Source of the DNA: an uncultured virus (IMG/VR IMGVR_UViG_3300030451_004121)
Taxonomy: Duplodnaviria > Heunggongvirae > Uroviricota > Caudoviricetes > Crassvirales
Virus record (IMG/VR): IMGVR_UViG_3300030451_004121
Location: 1 to 64,000 of that record
Length of the DNA: 64,000 nt
Direction: 5' to 3' (one strand)
The translations under genes were made by a program, and so were the position numbers. Below, in pieces: positions 37,920 to 51,600 of this stretch. The notes below the pieces were generated by a model, which was not told where the DNA came from, did no database searches, and saw only the letters and a program-made list of their open reading frames with translations. Numbering within the stretch: position 1 is the stretch's first letter; each line of letters begins with the position of its first letter.

Positions 37920-38774
37920 ATGGCATATAAAAAATCATCACCAACAAAGTTTGTAAATGCTTTATTTGGCGGAGCTCAAAGAAGAAGAGAGCAATACGCT
38001 GCAAATGAAGATATGGGACAGAAAATGGAAGACTGGGAAAATAGAAAAATGAAAAACCCATACGCTGGTGTAAAAAATCCATACGAAAACTTAGAAAATG
38101 TTTATGAAGACGCTCAAGTAAATTTAAAGCAAGCTGAGTTTGAAAAAGAACAATCACAACAATCAATGGCTAATATAATGCAAAGCATGCAAGGAGCTGC
38201 AGGTGGAAGTGGTATAGCTGGTTTAGCACAAGTTTTAGCTAACCAAGGTGTTAAACAAGCGCAACAGGCGTCAGTTAGTATAGCCTCTCAAGAACAGCAA
38301 AACCAACAAAGAGCTATTGCTGAATCAGGTAGGCTAGCAGAGGCAAAAGCTATGGGTGAGCAAAAAAGAGATTTAATGGTTAGAGAAGGTGAAAGAATGG
38401 TTGAGGCATACGACATGAAGAAAGAAGAGCAGATGTTAGATTTTGCAATGCAAAGAAAAAATGCAGCTGACCAAGCTATAGCGGACGCGCAAGCTACTGT
38501 TGATGCTTTTGTTTCAGGGGCTGTAACTAGTGGTATTAACACAGCTATAAAAGCTTCTGACATTAGACTAAAAGAAAATATAACTAAAACAGGTGTTTCT
38601 AAATCTGGAATACCAAAATACACGTTTAACTACAAAGGAGAAGACACATTATGGTCAGGAGCTATGGCTCAAGATTTAATAAGCATGGGTAGGTCAGATG
38701 CTGTTACTATTATGGACAACGGGTACTATGGTGTTAACTATGATATGATTGACATTGATATGATTAAAAACTAA
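37920..38774 (+). CDS. Putative internal/ejection protein with SPTK leader and C-terminal Peptidase_S74 (intramolecular chaperone) domain
   Basis: MAYKKSSPTKF; Gln/Ala-rich helices; SDIRLKENI...GAMAQDL. Confidence 0.75.
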   Translation: MAYKKSSPTKFVNALFGGAQRRREQYAANEDMGQKMEDWENRKMKNPYAGVKNPYENLENVYEDAQVNLKQAEFEKEQSQQSMANIMQSMQGAAGGSGIAGLAQVLANQGVKQAQQASVSIASQEQQNQQRAIAESGRLAEAKAMGEQKRDLMVREGERMVEAYDMKKEEQMLDFAMQRKNAADQAIADAQATVDAFVSGAVTSGINTAIKASDIRLKENITKTGVSKSGIPKYTFNYKGEDTLWSGAMAQDLISMGRSDAVTIMDNGYYGVNYDMIDIDMIKN

Positions 38775-38778
38775 TAAT

Positions 38779-39660
38779 ATGTCAGAAGATAAAAGTATAA
38801 AAAAGTATTTTGAAAACATGCCGTATGGAGATGATGCTAAGTCATCTGAAATACACGGCAAACACAACCAAGTAATTATAAATGATTTCATATCTAATCT
38901 TGTAAAGCAATATGACACGTTGCACGCTATAGGAGACAAAGAGGGGTCTAATGAAATTGCTAATTTAATTAAAAGTATAGCTAGACAACTAGATAATTTA
39001 AAAGCTATTAAAGAAGAATTTGCAATAGCTTACGGTGGTGGAGTAGGTGGTAAAAATCTTTTTTCAAACTACACGGACTTAAGTTGGGATAGAATGTTTT
39101 TTGGAGAAAAAGGTAGGATAGCTTTTGGACCAGGTTTTAAAATACTTTGTATAGTGGTAGGTCCTGACGGAAAAGACATAATAAAAGGAATAGAAGATAT
39201 AACTGAAAACTGGGTTATTAAAGGTACTGAAGAAGCTGACTATATGAAATACCACCAAGATCTAGTAAAACAAGGGCAAACGGCAGCTAAACATCCAGAC
39301 TTTAATATAGACTGGGTTGTAGACAACTTGTTAGTAACCAATGATGCTTGGAAGATATTTGTTTCTGATAAAATAGGTGGTGTTTATTTTTTACAAGAGT
39401 ATTTAAAAGAAAACGAAGAAGCTGTGATCAATGGCCAAATACCAGATGAGATGTTACATCCAGATTCTTTTAATCCAGCCATAGACATGCGTTTACATAA
39501 GCATTATTCTACTAGGCTTAAAACTGCTTTTGATCCAAACTACAAAACAATAAAAGATGGTAACGCTTCTAGCTCTACAGTAGCTGGTAGAACAAAGATG
39601 TCTACACAGGAAATAAACGAAGCTAAAAAACTAATGTCTAGAATAAAACCTAAACAATAA
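38779..39660 (+). CDS. Putative internal virion protein
   Basis: 293-aa ORF between two internal-type genes. Confidence 0.65.
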   Translation: MSEDKSIKKYFENMPYGDDAKSSEIHGKHNQVIINDFISNLVKQYDTLHAIGDKEGSNEIANLIKSIARQLDNLKAIKEEFAIAYGGGVGGKNLFSNYTDLSWDRMFFGEKGRIAFGPGFKILCIVVGPDGKDIIKGIEDITENWVIKGTEEADYMKYHQDLVKQGQTAAKHPDFNIDWVVDNLLVTNDAWKIFVSDKIGGVYFLQEYLKENEEAVINGQIPDEMLHPDSFNPAIDMRLHKHYSTRLKTAFDPNYKTIKDGNASSSTVAGRTKMSTQEINEAKKLMSRIKPKQ

Positions 39661-39668
39661 AATTTAAT

Positions 39669-42600
39669 ATGAGTAAAATAAAATCGCCGTTAAAACAAAA
39701 TGAAGACGTAGAGTTAGTTAAGCTTTCGGACGCTGATGCTCAAAGCTTATTTAACGAAACTTTTGATTTTGATGAAAGTATTTTAGAAAACGAAGTTGAG
39801 GAAGAAGAGGAAGAAGAAAAAAAACTTACAGAAAAAGAACAAAAACAAGTAGACGAGTATGGTTACGTACTTCCAGATATTACCGAGGTAGTAAAGTCAG
39901 ATGATGATTTAGAGGTAAAAACTAAAGACGATAAAAAAATTGTTTATAACACAAACGAAGAAAAGAAAAGACTTAAAGAAATAGGTGGAATTGTTGCAGA
40001 ACAAATGCAGCCTTATATTGATTCTGGAGAATATTCTGAAGAAGAATTAAACACTATTCGTAAGTACTTAAACAGATTAGAAACTGATCTTTACGATAAA
40101 AAACAACCTTTAGATTTTCTTCCTTTGGTTGTAACACCAAGAGAGGCGATGGAAGATGCACTCGACGAAATGTACTATAAGTTTGGTGAAATGAATGTCA
40201 TAAAAATTTCAGAACAATTAAACTTGTCACCTGAATTTTTAGATATTTTTAAAAGCGAAAATACTGATATATACAGAGTAGAAGACACAAGAGGAGAACT
40301 ACAACCAAAACTTATTAGAATAAAAGAAAATGGAGAGGTTGAGTTTATAACATCTAAAGAATTAAAAGATGTTGATCCTAACTTTTATTTAAAACTAAAT
40401 GACGATCTTGAGGACAGGTATTATGAAGACTTAGATAATTTAGGAAACAACATAGTTGATCTTTTTGATAAGATGGTTGAAGAAACAGGTACAGCGGGAG
40501 TAGTCTCTGGACTTGATGAAGACCAAATGTTGGATTTGCTTAGAAGAGAACTTAAAAAGTATAATATTGACGTTAGACAACCTGCGATTCTTGGTGATTA
40601 TGTAACGTTAGTAAGTGGAAAAGATCCTAGTAAAGAGTTAAGAATAAATCTTAATACAAATTACTTAGAGTCTAGTTTTTTTGGAACTGCTCCGGGACCA
40701 TTAAATGTTCGAGGTGTTAGGAACTCAGGCGAAAAAATATTTAACTCAATAGAAAACTTCGTTAAAGAACATGGCAAGCAACCAGAAGTTATTGACCACG
40801 AAGAAAATATTATTGAAAAAAATATTAAAGCAGCCAACAAACTAAAAGAAGAGCGTGATAACTCTTTAGCCGTTGAATACAACACTATAAAAGAGATTGA
40901 TAAAAAAATTAAAAACGCAGAAACACAGCTTGAGTTTTACAACAGAGAGCAATCAGAAGAATCTAAAGAACAATGGTTAGAAAATCACGGTCAACCTACT
41001 GATTTAATAAACGTTAAAGATTATGCTGATAGAAATAATATTAGCGGAGATTTTAACGAAAATGAGTTTATAACACAATTAGAACTTCAAACAAGAAAAG
41101 ATTTACGTTACGGTCTAAATGAAGATGAGTGGCGAGTTTATAGTGGCAGAAACCGTACTCAAGAACAGAAAGATTTATTTGTAAAAATAGACAATGCAAT
41201 TGAGCGTTTAAAGAAAGATGAAAAGAATTTTTCTTTTTGGCAGAATCTTGGTGGACTTGAAGACGTTGAATACGATGAAGATAAAGATTTAGTATTACAG
41301 GGAGATTTAGCTGTAGCTTTATTTGATCTATTAGAAGATAAACCACAAGATGAAATAGAAAAAATACTTTTATCTTTTACAAAAAAAGAAGCTCTTTTAA
41401 GAGAAGCAAAGGCGATTGTTTTAGATAATTACTACACTGAAAAACAAGTAGAGATCGATATAAACAATAAAAATAAAAATGATTTTGAAGTAAGAAAAAT
41501 TGAACTTGAAAATGATATAGAAGATTTTAACCAATCAGTATCCACCTTTGAAGAAAAAATAGCTCCTATAACACAAAGTATAAATAACAGTATAAAAAAA
41601 GTAAATGATATAGATGCGAAAATAGAGACCTTGATCGAAGACGCTGAGGATATTAAAGAAAAAGCTAAGACAGATTCGGATTATAGAGATGTTTATACGG
41701 ATCTTTATAAAGATTACCAAGAATTGTTAGCAAAAAGACAAAAGCTTGTAAATCAATATGAAATAGATAATAAAGAATATAACAACTTAATAAATTCTGA
41801 AGAATATAAAGAAATTGCTAATTCTAATATTGATCTTAACAATAGACAGATTAGCTTAGGAGAACAAATAGAAGTTTTAAATAAAGCTGGCAATAAATTA
41901 AGTGAAGAATTTAAAACACTTTACGATGAGATAGGATTTAACGCCGCTGATGGTGTTTTTGAAGACTCTTACGAATCTGTTACGCAGTACAAAAAATGGA
42001 AAAATGCATTTGCAGACAATCCTACTATGGATGCTATTGGGGCTTTTAATGAGCAGTTTACAGATCAAGTGTTAAAAGTGTTTGCAATAATACCAGAGGC
42101 TGCTGTTTGGCAAGCTAATAGAATATATGGAAACGATCCTAATGAATACAGTCAATGGGATGCAATGAGTGATATTGTAGCAAATTATATAGAAGAAGAT
42201 AAGTTTAGTGCTTATACAGATCGAGATGGGCGTATAGCAGAAGCTGGGTGGACTTACAGAAACATAACAAGAACAATGGCTGATATGCTTCCATTTACTC
42301 TTGGTATTATCCATGCTGGTAGAAAAGGAGACGCTAGAGGTATTAAAAATGCTTATAAAAAGTTTACTGGTGGTACATTAGATGACATGGCTATGAAGTG
42401 GAATATAACCAAAAGAACTTATAGCCTTACTATTTATGACAATTATCAAGAAGCTAAAAAACTTGGTTTAAATGATATGCAAGCGTTAGAGTACGCTACG
42501 TTTATGTCTAGCGCAACCGCAATGTCTCAGCTTATAATGCCTGATAATCTTTTCTTAAAAGGTGGTGCAGGTACTAATCCTTTTAAATCTAGTTTTGCAA

Positions 42601-45600
42601 AAAGTTTAAGTGGTACTACAAATATGGTTGCCGCAAGAGAAATATCAAAAAATACATTTAAAAACTTAGTTAAAGAACTTGGAGAAGAAGAAATAGAGTT
42701 ATTATTTGATGATCTTAATAAAATGAGTTTTCTAGCTAATCACGAGTCTATGTTTTTAGATGCAGAGGCGCACGCTGATTTAGCTATGGGTACAATCATA
42801 TTGTCTGGTGGTATACAGCAGATTGGTAATAGACAAACGTACAAGGCTGTTAAGGAACGAGTTCGTGCTGAGTTTAAATATAGAGGATTAGAAACTTTAC
42901 ATATTTTACAAAAAGAAAAAAATGGTCTTAATTCAAAAATAGCTAGACTTGAAAAACTAGAAAATCCTAATTTAGATAAAATTGAAGAATTAAAAAAGAG
43001 GGTAGAAGAAATTGATGCAGCTATAGTTTATGGACAAGCAGAGTTAGAAGCTATTAACAATGCCCCTAGCTACGCTAGTAGTGAGCACATAGATTTAATT
43101 AGAAGAAAAAACGAGCTTATAAAGAAAAAATCAAGTGCTAAAGGTGAAGAGCTTAATGAAATTAATAAGGAGATAAAAGATATATCTGCTGAATTAGAAT
43201 CTACTAACGCTTATGAAAATTTTCAAAACAAACAAGAAAAAGACGTTGAAAGGTCAGAAGAAATAGCTAAAGAAGAGTTTGGAGAAGATCTCGAGGTTTA
43301 CGAAACAGACAGTAGACAGGAATCTTCTGATGTGGTAAAGTCAAAAATGCAAGAACAGTCTAAGCGTTTAGAAGAAGAAATTAACGATATAAAACAAGAT
43401 GAAAACGGTAACGCTGTAAACTTGCAAGAACAACCAGCATTGTCCAAACTTAAAAATGAAAAATCTAGAGTAGACAATGAATTAGCTAATATGGCTAGTA
43501 CAGAAGAAAGACAAAAGCAGGAAAGAGAACTTATTCTTATTCAAGATAAATTGAATAAAATAGATCCATCTAAGAAATTAACACGAAGAGCAGAGTTACA
43601 ACAACAATTAAAACGACTAGATAAACTACGTAGAGATGGTCAGATAAGTGGTTTAGATTTTTTAGCAGAGACTAAAAAGATTAAAGACGCTATAAAAGAG
43701 TTAAGTTCTGAAATAAAATCTGACAAAAGTGTAACTAGTGCTAACGAAAGCGTAGTTGACGACTTAGTAGAAAAATATTTAGGTTTAGCTAATGAAATAG
43801 ATAAAGATCAAGCATACTCAGGTTACAAGGAAAACGCTTTTATTACACCTCCTGATGCAAGTGGTAGAAGAAGTATAATTATAAATAAAAAAGGTGTATT
43901 GCAATCCGGATATATAAACGCTGGGCAGCATGAAATTTTACACGCTATACTTAAAGAAACTTTAAAAAGCGATCCTGAATTACAAAGAGCTCTTGCTGAT
44001 GCTATGATGGAGTTTGCTAATGATAATCCAGGTAAAATAAAAATTGGACCAGAGTTTGACCTACGTATGAGAGCGTATAACGAATCAGATCAAAAATACG
44101 AAGAATACCTAACAGTAATGGCAGAGGCTTTAGTTAGAGGAGATGTAAAGTTTTCTAATAACTTCAAAGGAAAGGTTAGTGATATGATGAGAAGGTTTAA
44201 CCAAAAATATCGTAGACCTGACATAGAGTTTGAAACAGGTGAAGACGTAATAAACTTTTTAAGAGATTATAATAGGTTTTTTAAGAAAAGAAAGAAAAAC
44301 CCTGCTTTCAGCAAAATGATAAAACAAGGTGCTAAAGGTAAGTTACTAGAAAGAAAAGAAAAAAGAGAAAAAGAAGTTAGGTATGGACCTGGTTTTTCTA
44401 AGTCTTTAAGATTTCAATTTTCTAAAAATCCAGATTTAAAAGACGACTTTGATAATTTAACTCAAAATCCAGATGGTACTAAAAGATGGAACAGTAAAGT
44501 AGAGTTTCAAAACAGTTCTGAATACTGGGAAGGATTAACACAAATACTAACTAATCCTCAGTTAGAGTCTTTAATAAAAGAAGGTATAGGAGGAGAAACT
44601 GGTATACAGTATGCTGAGTTAGATGATTTCGTAGAAAAAGTAAAAGTAAAACTACAAAGAAGATACGAAGGGCAAACAAGAGTAATAAAAGACGCTGACG
44701 GTAATCCAATTGTAGACGAAAGAGGTATAGAACGAAGAGAGAGAGTTCTTGATGAAAATGGTAATCCAAAAGGAGGTTTTGATCCGTCTATGGCTAATGG
44801 TAGTTTATTTGGTTGGTTAATAGGTGGTAGTGGTAGTTATACAAATTCAAATTTATATCGTGCTAGAGGAGATGTGATGAACGAGTATAAAGAGGAAATT
44901 GAAACTATATCTGCTGATACAGAAGGAACTGCTAGAAAGCTATCTCAAATACCAAGTGATAACGATGTTAAGCAAGAAACTAAAAATGAGGTAGAAAGAA
45001 ATAAAATAGATTTACTTAAACTACCTGTAATAGAAAGAGTTTCTGATAAAATAAAATCTAAGGTTAAACCAGCAAAAGGAGATGGGCATAAAGAAATAAT
45101 ATCTAAGCACGCTGGTGAAGTTGGTCAGCTTATATTTGATATTCCTGGAGATAAAATTGTAAAAGGTGGCGCTAATTTAACTGCTGTTACTAAGTACGAG
45201 GAAGGCATGCCTATTCCTGGTGAGGCTCAAAATATACAAAGAGTTTTTAACGCTCCTCAATTTGCTGAAAAATTTATTAAAACACTACCTTTATACAACG
45301 TTGTTGAAAGAACTGGTGATATAAATTTAAAAGGAGAAAATTTAGATGTGTCACGAAATGTTTTTGGTGTAGCTATAGGTTTAAAAGGCTTGCCAATGGA
45401 TTATTTTTATGAAGATTATATTGACCCAAGATCTCTTAGTAAAGACCCATTAATTAAAGCTGAATCTATTACCTCTCCAAAAGGTAGAAGTAAAGGTTTA
45501 ACAACTCAGACACAAGTAAAAAAATTGAAACAAGAGTTTATAAACCCTACGCCGGAAACTATAGAAAAGTTTAAAAGAGATATAGGTATAACGCCTAAGC

Positions 45601-48600
45601 TTGAAGCAAACGAATACAGTAGAGATATTGGTCAGTTACAGAAAGGAGTTGCTAAGGTAATTTCTATGAACGTATCGTTGTCTGCTGCTCAAAGAAATCT
45701 GCAAGATCAACTTAACAAAGCTATTAAAGAAGGTAAGTCTCCAAAAGTAACACAAGAAATAAAACAACAAACAGCCAATATTACAGGCGCTCAAAGTAAA
45801 ATTGCTTTTAGTAAAGGTGTAGCGGACCAAAAGAACAGGTTGCAGTTTAGTGAATCTATACCTGTTGAACAGCTTTCAAACGCAGAGATATTAGCACAAA
45901 ATAAAGATTACAAACTGATAGTCAAAAGAGGTAAACAAATCCCTATAAATATGAATACCCCAAAAGGTAGATTAATATTTAAAGAGTGGGTAATAAAAGA
46001 TTTATCTAAACGTTTGCCAAAAGCATTTTTCTACACTTCTGGAACTTTTGATGGTACTAGCAAGGGTCTATTTACCGAGGGGGACTATGTTGGAGCATTT
46101 AGAGGGCCAAAAGCAAATTTACTAAATGTTTCTGTAGAAGAAACTATAGCTATGTTTGCTCCTGACCACGTATTTGGACCTGATGACGCAGACATAAGCA
46201 TGGCCTTAACTAGAGTAACTCAAAATAAAAAGAATTTAGAAGACACTAATGCTAAGCTACAAAGAGCTATAGGTTTTAAAAAGATATTAAACGTTCTCAA
46301 CCAAATGATACAAGAAGACAAAGCTAATATACCTTATGTAGCAGCTTTATTATCTTCTACTAGTTCTAACATGAATCACTTTATGAGAAAAGGATCTATA
46401 TATGAGTTTAGAAACACATTAAACGAAGCTAATGTAGAAGAGCATACTCAAGCAGCTAGTGATTTTGCTAAGTTTGTATTAAATAGAATGGTCGATGGGA
46501 CTTTCGATAAATATATCGACGTGGCTATGCAGGCTTATTTCCAAGGATCATTACCGTTAAAATTTGAGATTTTACTTGTAGACCCGGCCGGTGAGTTTAA
46601 TTATAAAAATAACGCTGGTATTTATACCAAACTAATATTAGTAGACGGTAAACCAGTGTGGATTAGATATTTTAATCCTGATGTTAATAATAATCAGGGT
46701 GGTATTAATCCAAATGTTTTAATATTAGCTGGTGGAAACACAATAGCGCAAGAATATGGAGTTGGCGTAGATGAGTCTTTATACAATCACGATGAAGTAG
46801 TATCAAAACAACAAGAATTGTTGTTTAAAATTTTTAATGGTGATATAACTCAAGAAGTAGCTAGCAAAACAATAAATGAATACGCTATGAAGTTTTCTAA
46901 AGTTTCACCATCTTCAGAGGTTAAAAAAGCAATTAAATTTAGCAAGGCTATAGAAAACGCTCGTTTAATAAACCACAACACTCCATCGAGAGGTATGAGT
47001 GCTTGGGATTTTGATGACACATTAGCAACTACCAAGTCTGGAGTTAGAGCTACTGTACCTAATCCTGATGGCACACCACAACCAAATAGAAAAGTTATAT
47101 TCTTGGCAGGTGGAGCTGGTAGTGGTAAATCTAATGTTGTTAAAAAATTAGGTTTAGAAGAACAAGGATTTAAAATAGTAAACTCTGATATATCACTAGA
47201 GTGGTTAAAGAAAAACTCTGGATTACCAGAGAACATGAACGATCTTACTAGAGAGCAATTAAGTGAATTAGGTAGATTACAGGCTCAGGCTAGAAAAATA
47301 TCTAAAGGTAAAATGATGAAGTACCAAGGCAACGCTGACGGTGTTGTAGTTGATGGTACTGGTGGGTCTATAAAAGCTATGCAGAAGCTTGTTAACGAGT
47401 TTAAAGAAAAGGGCTATGATGTAAGTATGGTTTTTGTAGAAACTTCCTTAGAAACAGCCTTAGATCGTAATAGAAAAAGAAAAGAAAGATCTTTATTAGA
47501 TAAGATAGTTATTAGAAACCACGAGGCCGTTCAAGGCAATAAAGAAGGGTTTAAAGAAATGTTTGGTGAAAGATTTATGGAGGTTAAAACAGATAATCTT
47601 ACACAGGCAGATCCTATGCCAGCAGATCTTATGCAACAAATGAATGACTTTGTTAGTAGTTATAAAAAACTAAGATTAGATGCAGAGCAGTTTGCTACAC
47701 AAGGAGCAGATATACTAGAGCAAGGTGGTGTGTTTGATTTTTCTGAGTTTAACGTTGTTACAGAAGGTGCTCAAGGCCCTATGTTTAAAACAGCGTTTGA
47801 TAGAGCTCAGAAATATGGGACTAAAGATACTTATGTGCTAACCGCTAGACCAGCTGAATCTGCCGGACCAATACAACAGTTTTTAGCTTCTCAAGGATTA
47901 AATATACCTTTAGAAAATATAACTGGATTAGGTAATAGTACTGGTGAGGCAAAAGCAGAGTGGATTTTAGAAAAGTTTTCAGAAGGATATAACGATATAT
48001 ACTTTGCTGATGATGCGATGCAAAATGTTGAGGCTGTTAAAGATGTGTTAGACCAGTTAGATATTAAATCTGAAGTTGTACAGGCTAAAATACAATTTAG
48101 TAGAGGTATAGACAACAAGGTCGACAAAATGTTTACTAACCCTGCTCTTGTCAAAATAAAAGAAAATATAAGTATTAACAACGTAAGTAATGTTAGTAGT
48201 TTAACAAGAGACGGTGTTTATAGTAACATACAATTTTCAAAGAAACATAGGGGCGAATATGAAAACTTAATATCTAAAAATAGACCAGACTTAGTAAAAG
48301 AAGGTTTAGTATCACAGACTGTTGACCAAATGTTTGATCTTGTCAACAATTTAAGTATACCGCCTGATAAAAGAAGAAAGTACGAAAAAATAATGACTAA
48401 ATGGTTAGCTACTAGTACTATGAAGCTACCAGAAGATAATTATAAGCTACAAGATGCTGTAGAGTTAGCTGAGAAAAATAAATTGGACGTGTTTTCTTAT
48501 AGAAATCCTAATGAGATTATAGAAAAATTTGCTGGTAAATCTAAAGCAAAACCTATAAATCCAGATACAGTAGAGCTATTTGTAAAAGACGAAAGCAAAA

Positions 48601-51600
48601 CTAATAAAAAATATGGTATAACAGAGTATGTGGTTGAAGAAACTAAAGAAAGTCAAGCTATTGTTAGAAAAGTAGTAGATACTCATTGGGGGCCAAAATC
48701 TAATCCTTGGTGTATATGCGCTAGAGATAAAAATGGATCAATGGACGCTGCTTGGGACAATTGGAAAAAGTATTCTGACGGTCCAAAAAGAATTGTGTTT
48801 CAAAACGGAAAGTTGTTAGCTTTTTATGCTAATGATTTGTATTGGGATAGAATGGACAATGATACAGACGCTCCTGTTATAAATATTAAAGAAGGTAGAG
48901 TTACTAAAAAAGTAGAGCTAGTTCCTATAGGTAAAAATAAGGTTGATGAGTTTGTGATAGAGGTTCGTACTGTTAGTGAAGATGGCAATACCGTTACAAC
49001 AGAAATTGTTGGAGAAACAGGATCGAACTACGAAGTTGGAACTAAAATCGTAGAAAATAGAGTTAACGGTGTAACCGTTAAAAAGACTAGGTCGACTTCT
49101 GATAGAATGAGTATTGAGTGGGGATTTGAACCTGGTAGGGTTCAAGAAGTGCAGAACTACAACGAAAAAGGTGAATTAACTAGTAGTATTTTCTACCAAG
49201 AAGCTGGTGTTATAGGTACTATTAACCATGCTGAAGAGTTTGGAGGTATAACGGAATCTGAGATAGTCGAGAAAAAAGGAGATATAATAAGTAACGAAGG
49301 TGGTGGAGAATACTTTGCTCAAATTAATCTTGCAAAACAAGGTATAAAAAACGCGGACCCTACTGTTATTACAGAAATAGGTTGGGAAATGGATGGAAAA
49401 CTAGAAGATGTTATTACTACGTCTTCTAATGGTGAGACAAGAGTAGACCTTAAAAAAATTCTTAAAATAGATTCTAAAGCTCAAGGATTGCCACCTGGTA
49501 TACAATTTAGTAAAGATATAAGCAAAGAGTTTAACGAGCTTTTAGAAAGAACAACTGGCGTTGAAGCTAGAAAGAGATTTTCAGAGGCACAAGCTAAAAT
49601 TAGAGGTAAAAAAGGTAGGTACAAGGGTATAATACCGGCTTCTGCTCAAGATTTCTTAGGACTACTATATAACTTTATGGGTAAAGGTAAACAAGGAGAT
49701 GCTGATATGGCTTTCTTCAAAAAAGCCTTGATAGATCCTTTTGCTAGAGGTATAGACGAGTTAAATGCTTCTAGACAAGCCGCTTCTAATGATTACAAAA
49801 ATTTAACAAAAGAGTTTCCTAAAGTTAAAAAGAGATTAAATAAAAAAGCAGGAGATACAGGTTTTACAAACGATCAAGCAGTTAGAGTTTATTTATGGAT
49901 TAAGGCTGGTTTTGAAGTGCCTGGTTTATCAAATAGAGATTTAGCTGCATTAAACGCACATGTAAAAAACGACCCTGAATTACAAGCCTTCGCAGATGCT
50001 CTTGGTATAATATCTAAAAAAGCAGAAGGTTATGCAAAACCAGGAGAGTATTGGTTGGTAGAAAATATTATTTCTGATTTAACAAGTGATGGTGCTATTG
50101 GAGAGGTTAGAGCAGAGTTTTTAGCAGAGTGGCAACAAAACGTTGATCAAATATTTTCTAAGGAAAATCTAAATAAAATAGAAGCTATATACGGTTCTAA
50201 ATTTAGAGAAGCATTAGAAGATATATTATATCGTATGCAAACTGGTAGAAATAGATCTCAAGGTGGAGGTAGATTAATGAATAATTATATGAACTGGGTT
50301 AATAATTCTGTTGGTGCTATCATGTTCTTTAATATTCGTTCTGCTGTACTACAGACTATATCTGCTACTAACTATATTAATTGGTCTGATAACAACCCGT
50401 TAAAAGCTGCTATGGCATTTGCTAATCAAAAACAGTTTTGGTCAGACTTTGTAATGTTGTTTAATTCAGATTACTTAAAACAAAGAAGAGCTGGTAATAG
50501 AAGAGGTGTTAATGAAGCTGAACTAACATCGGCAGTAATGGGTGTTGGGCCTGCTGAACAAGCGAAAGCTGCTTTAAGATATTTATTAAAAATAGGATTT
50601 TTACCAACGCAAATTGCGGATAGTTTTGCAATTGCTTCTGGTGGTGCAAGTTTTTATAGAAACAGAGTTAATTCATATTTAAAACAAGGTATGTCTAAAG
50701 CAGAAGCAGAGCAAAAAGCGTTTTTAGACTTTCAAGAAACTACAGAGGTGTCACAGCAGTCTGCTAGACCTGATATGATTTCACAGCAACAAGCTAATCC
50801 ATTAGGAAGATTAATACTATCTTTTCAAAACACACCAATGCAGTATGCTAGAATTATGAACAAAGCCGCTAGAGATATTGCGAACGGTAGAGGTGATTTT
50901 AAAACTCACGTATCTAAAATAATATACTACGGAGCTATTCAGTCTATAATATTTAGTGCTTTACAATCAGCTATATTTGCTTCCTTAGGAGATGATGAAG
51001 AAGAAGATTTTGATACAAAGAAGCAAAGAATTTTAAACCAGATGATAGACTCTGTTCTTTCTGGTATTGGTTATGGTGGAAAAGCTATATCTACTGTTAA
51101 AAACGCTACGATGGAGTATTTGAAACAAAGAGATAAAGGCTTTAGAGCTGACCATGCTTATACGATATTACAACTTTTAGGTTTTTCTCCACCTATTGGA
51201 TCTAAACTTAGAAAAATATATAGCGCTATACAGACCGAGAAATTTAATAAAGATGTATTTAAAAGAAGAGGTTTAACGTTAGACAATCCTATTTGGCAAG
51301 CTATTGGATATACTATAGAAGGATTTTTTAACGTGCCTTTAGGTAGATTATCTCAGAAAATGCAAAACTTAGATAATGCTCTTGATAGTAACAACGAGTG
51401 GTGGGAAAGAATTGCTTTAATTATGGGATGGAACACTTGGGACCTTGGTATTAAAGACGCGGACATTGAAGGCATAAAAGAGGAGATTAAAGAAGAAAAG
51501 AAAGAAAAAGATAAAGAAAGAAGAGAACAAAAGAAAAAAGAAAAAGAAGAAGAAAAAAAGAAAGAACAAGAAGAGTTAATTAAACAAAACCAAGAGAAAA

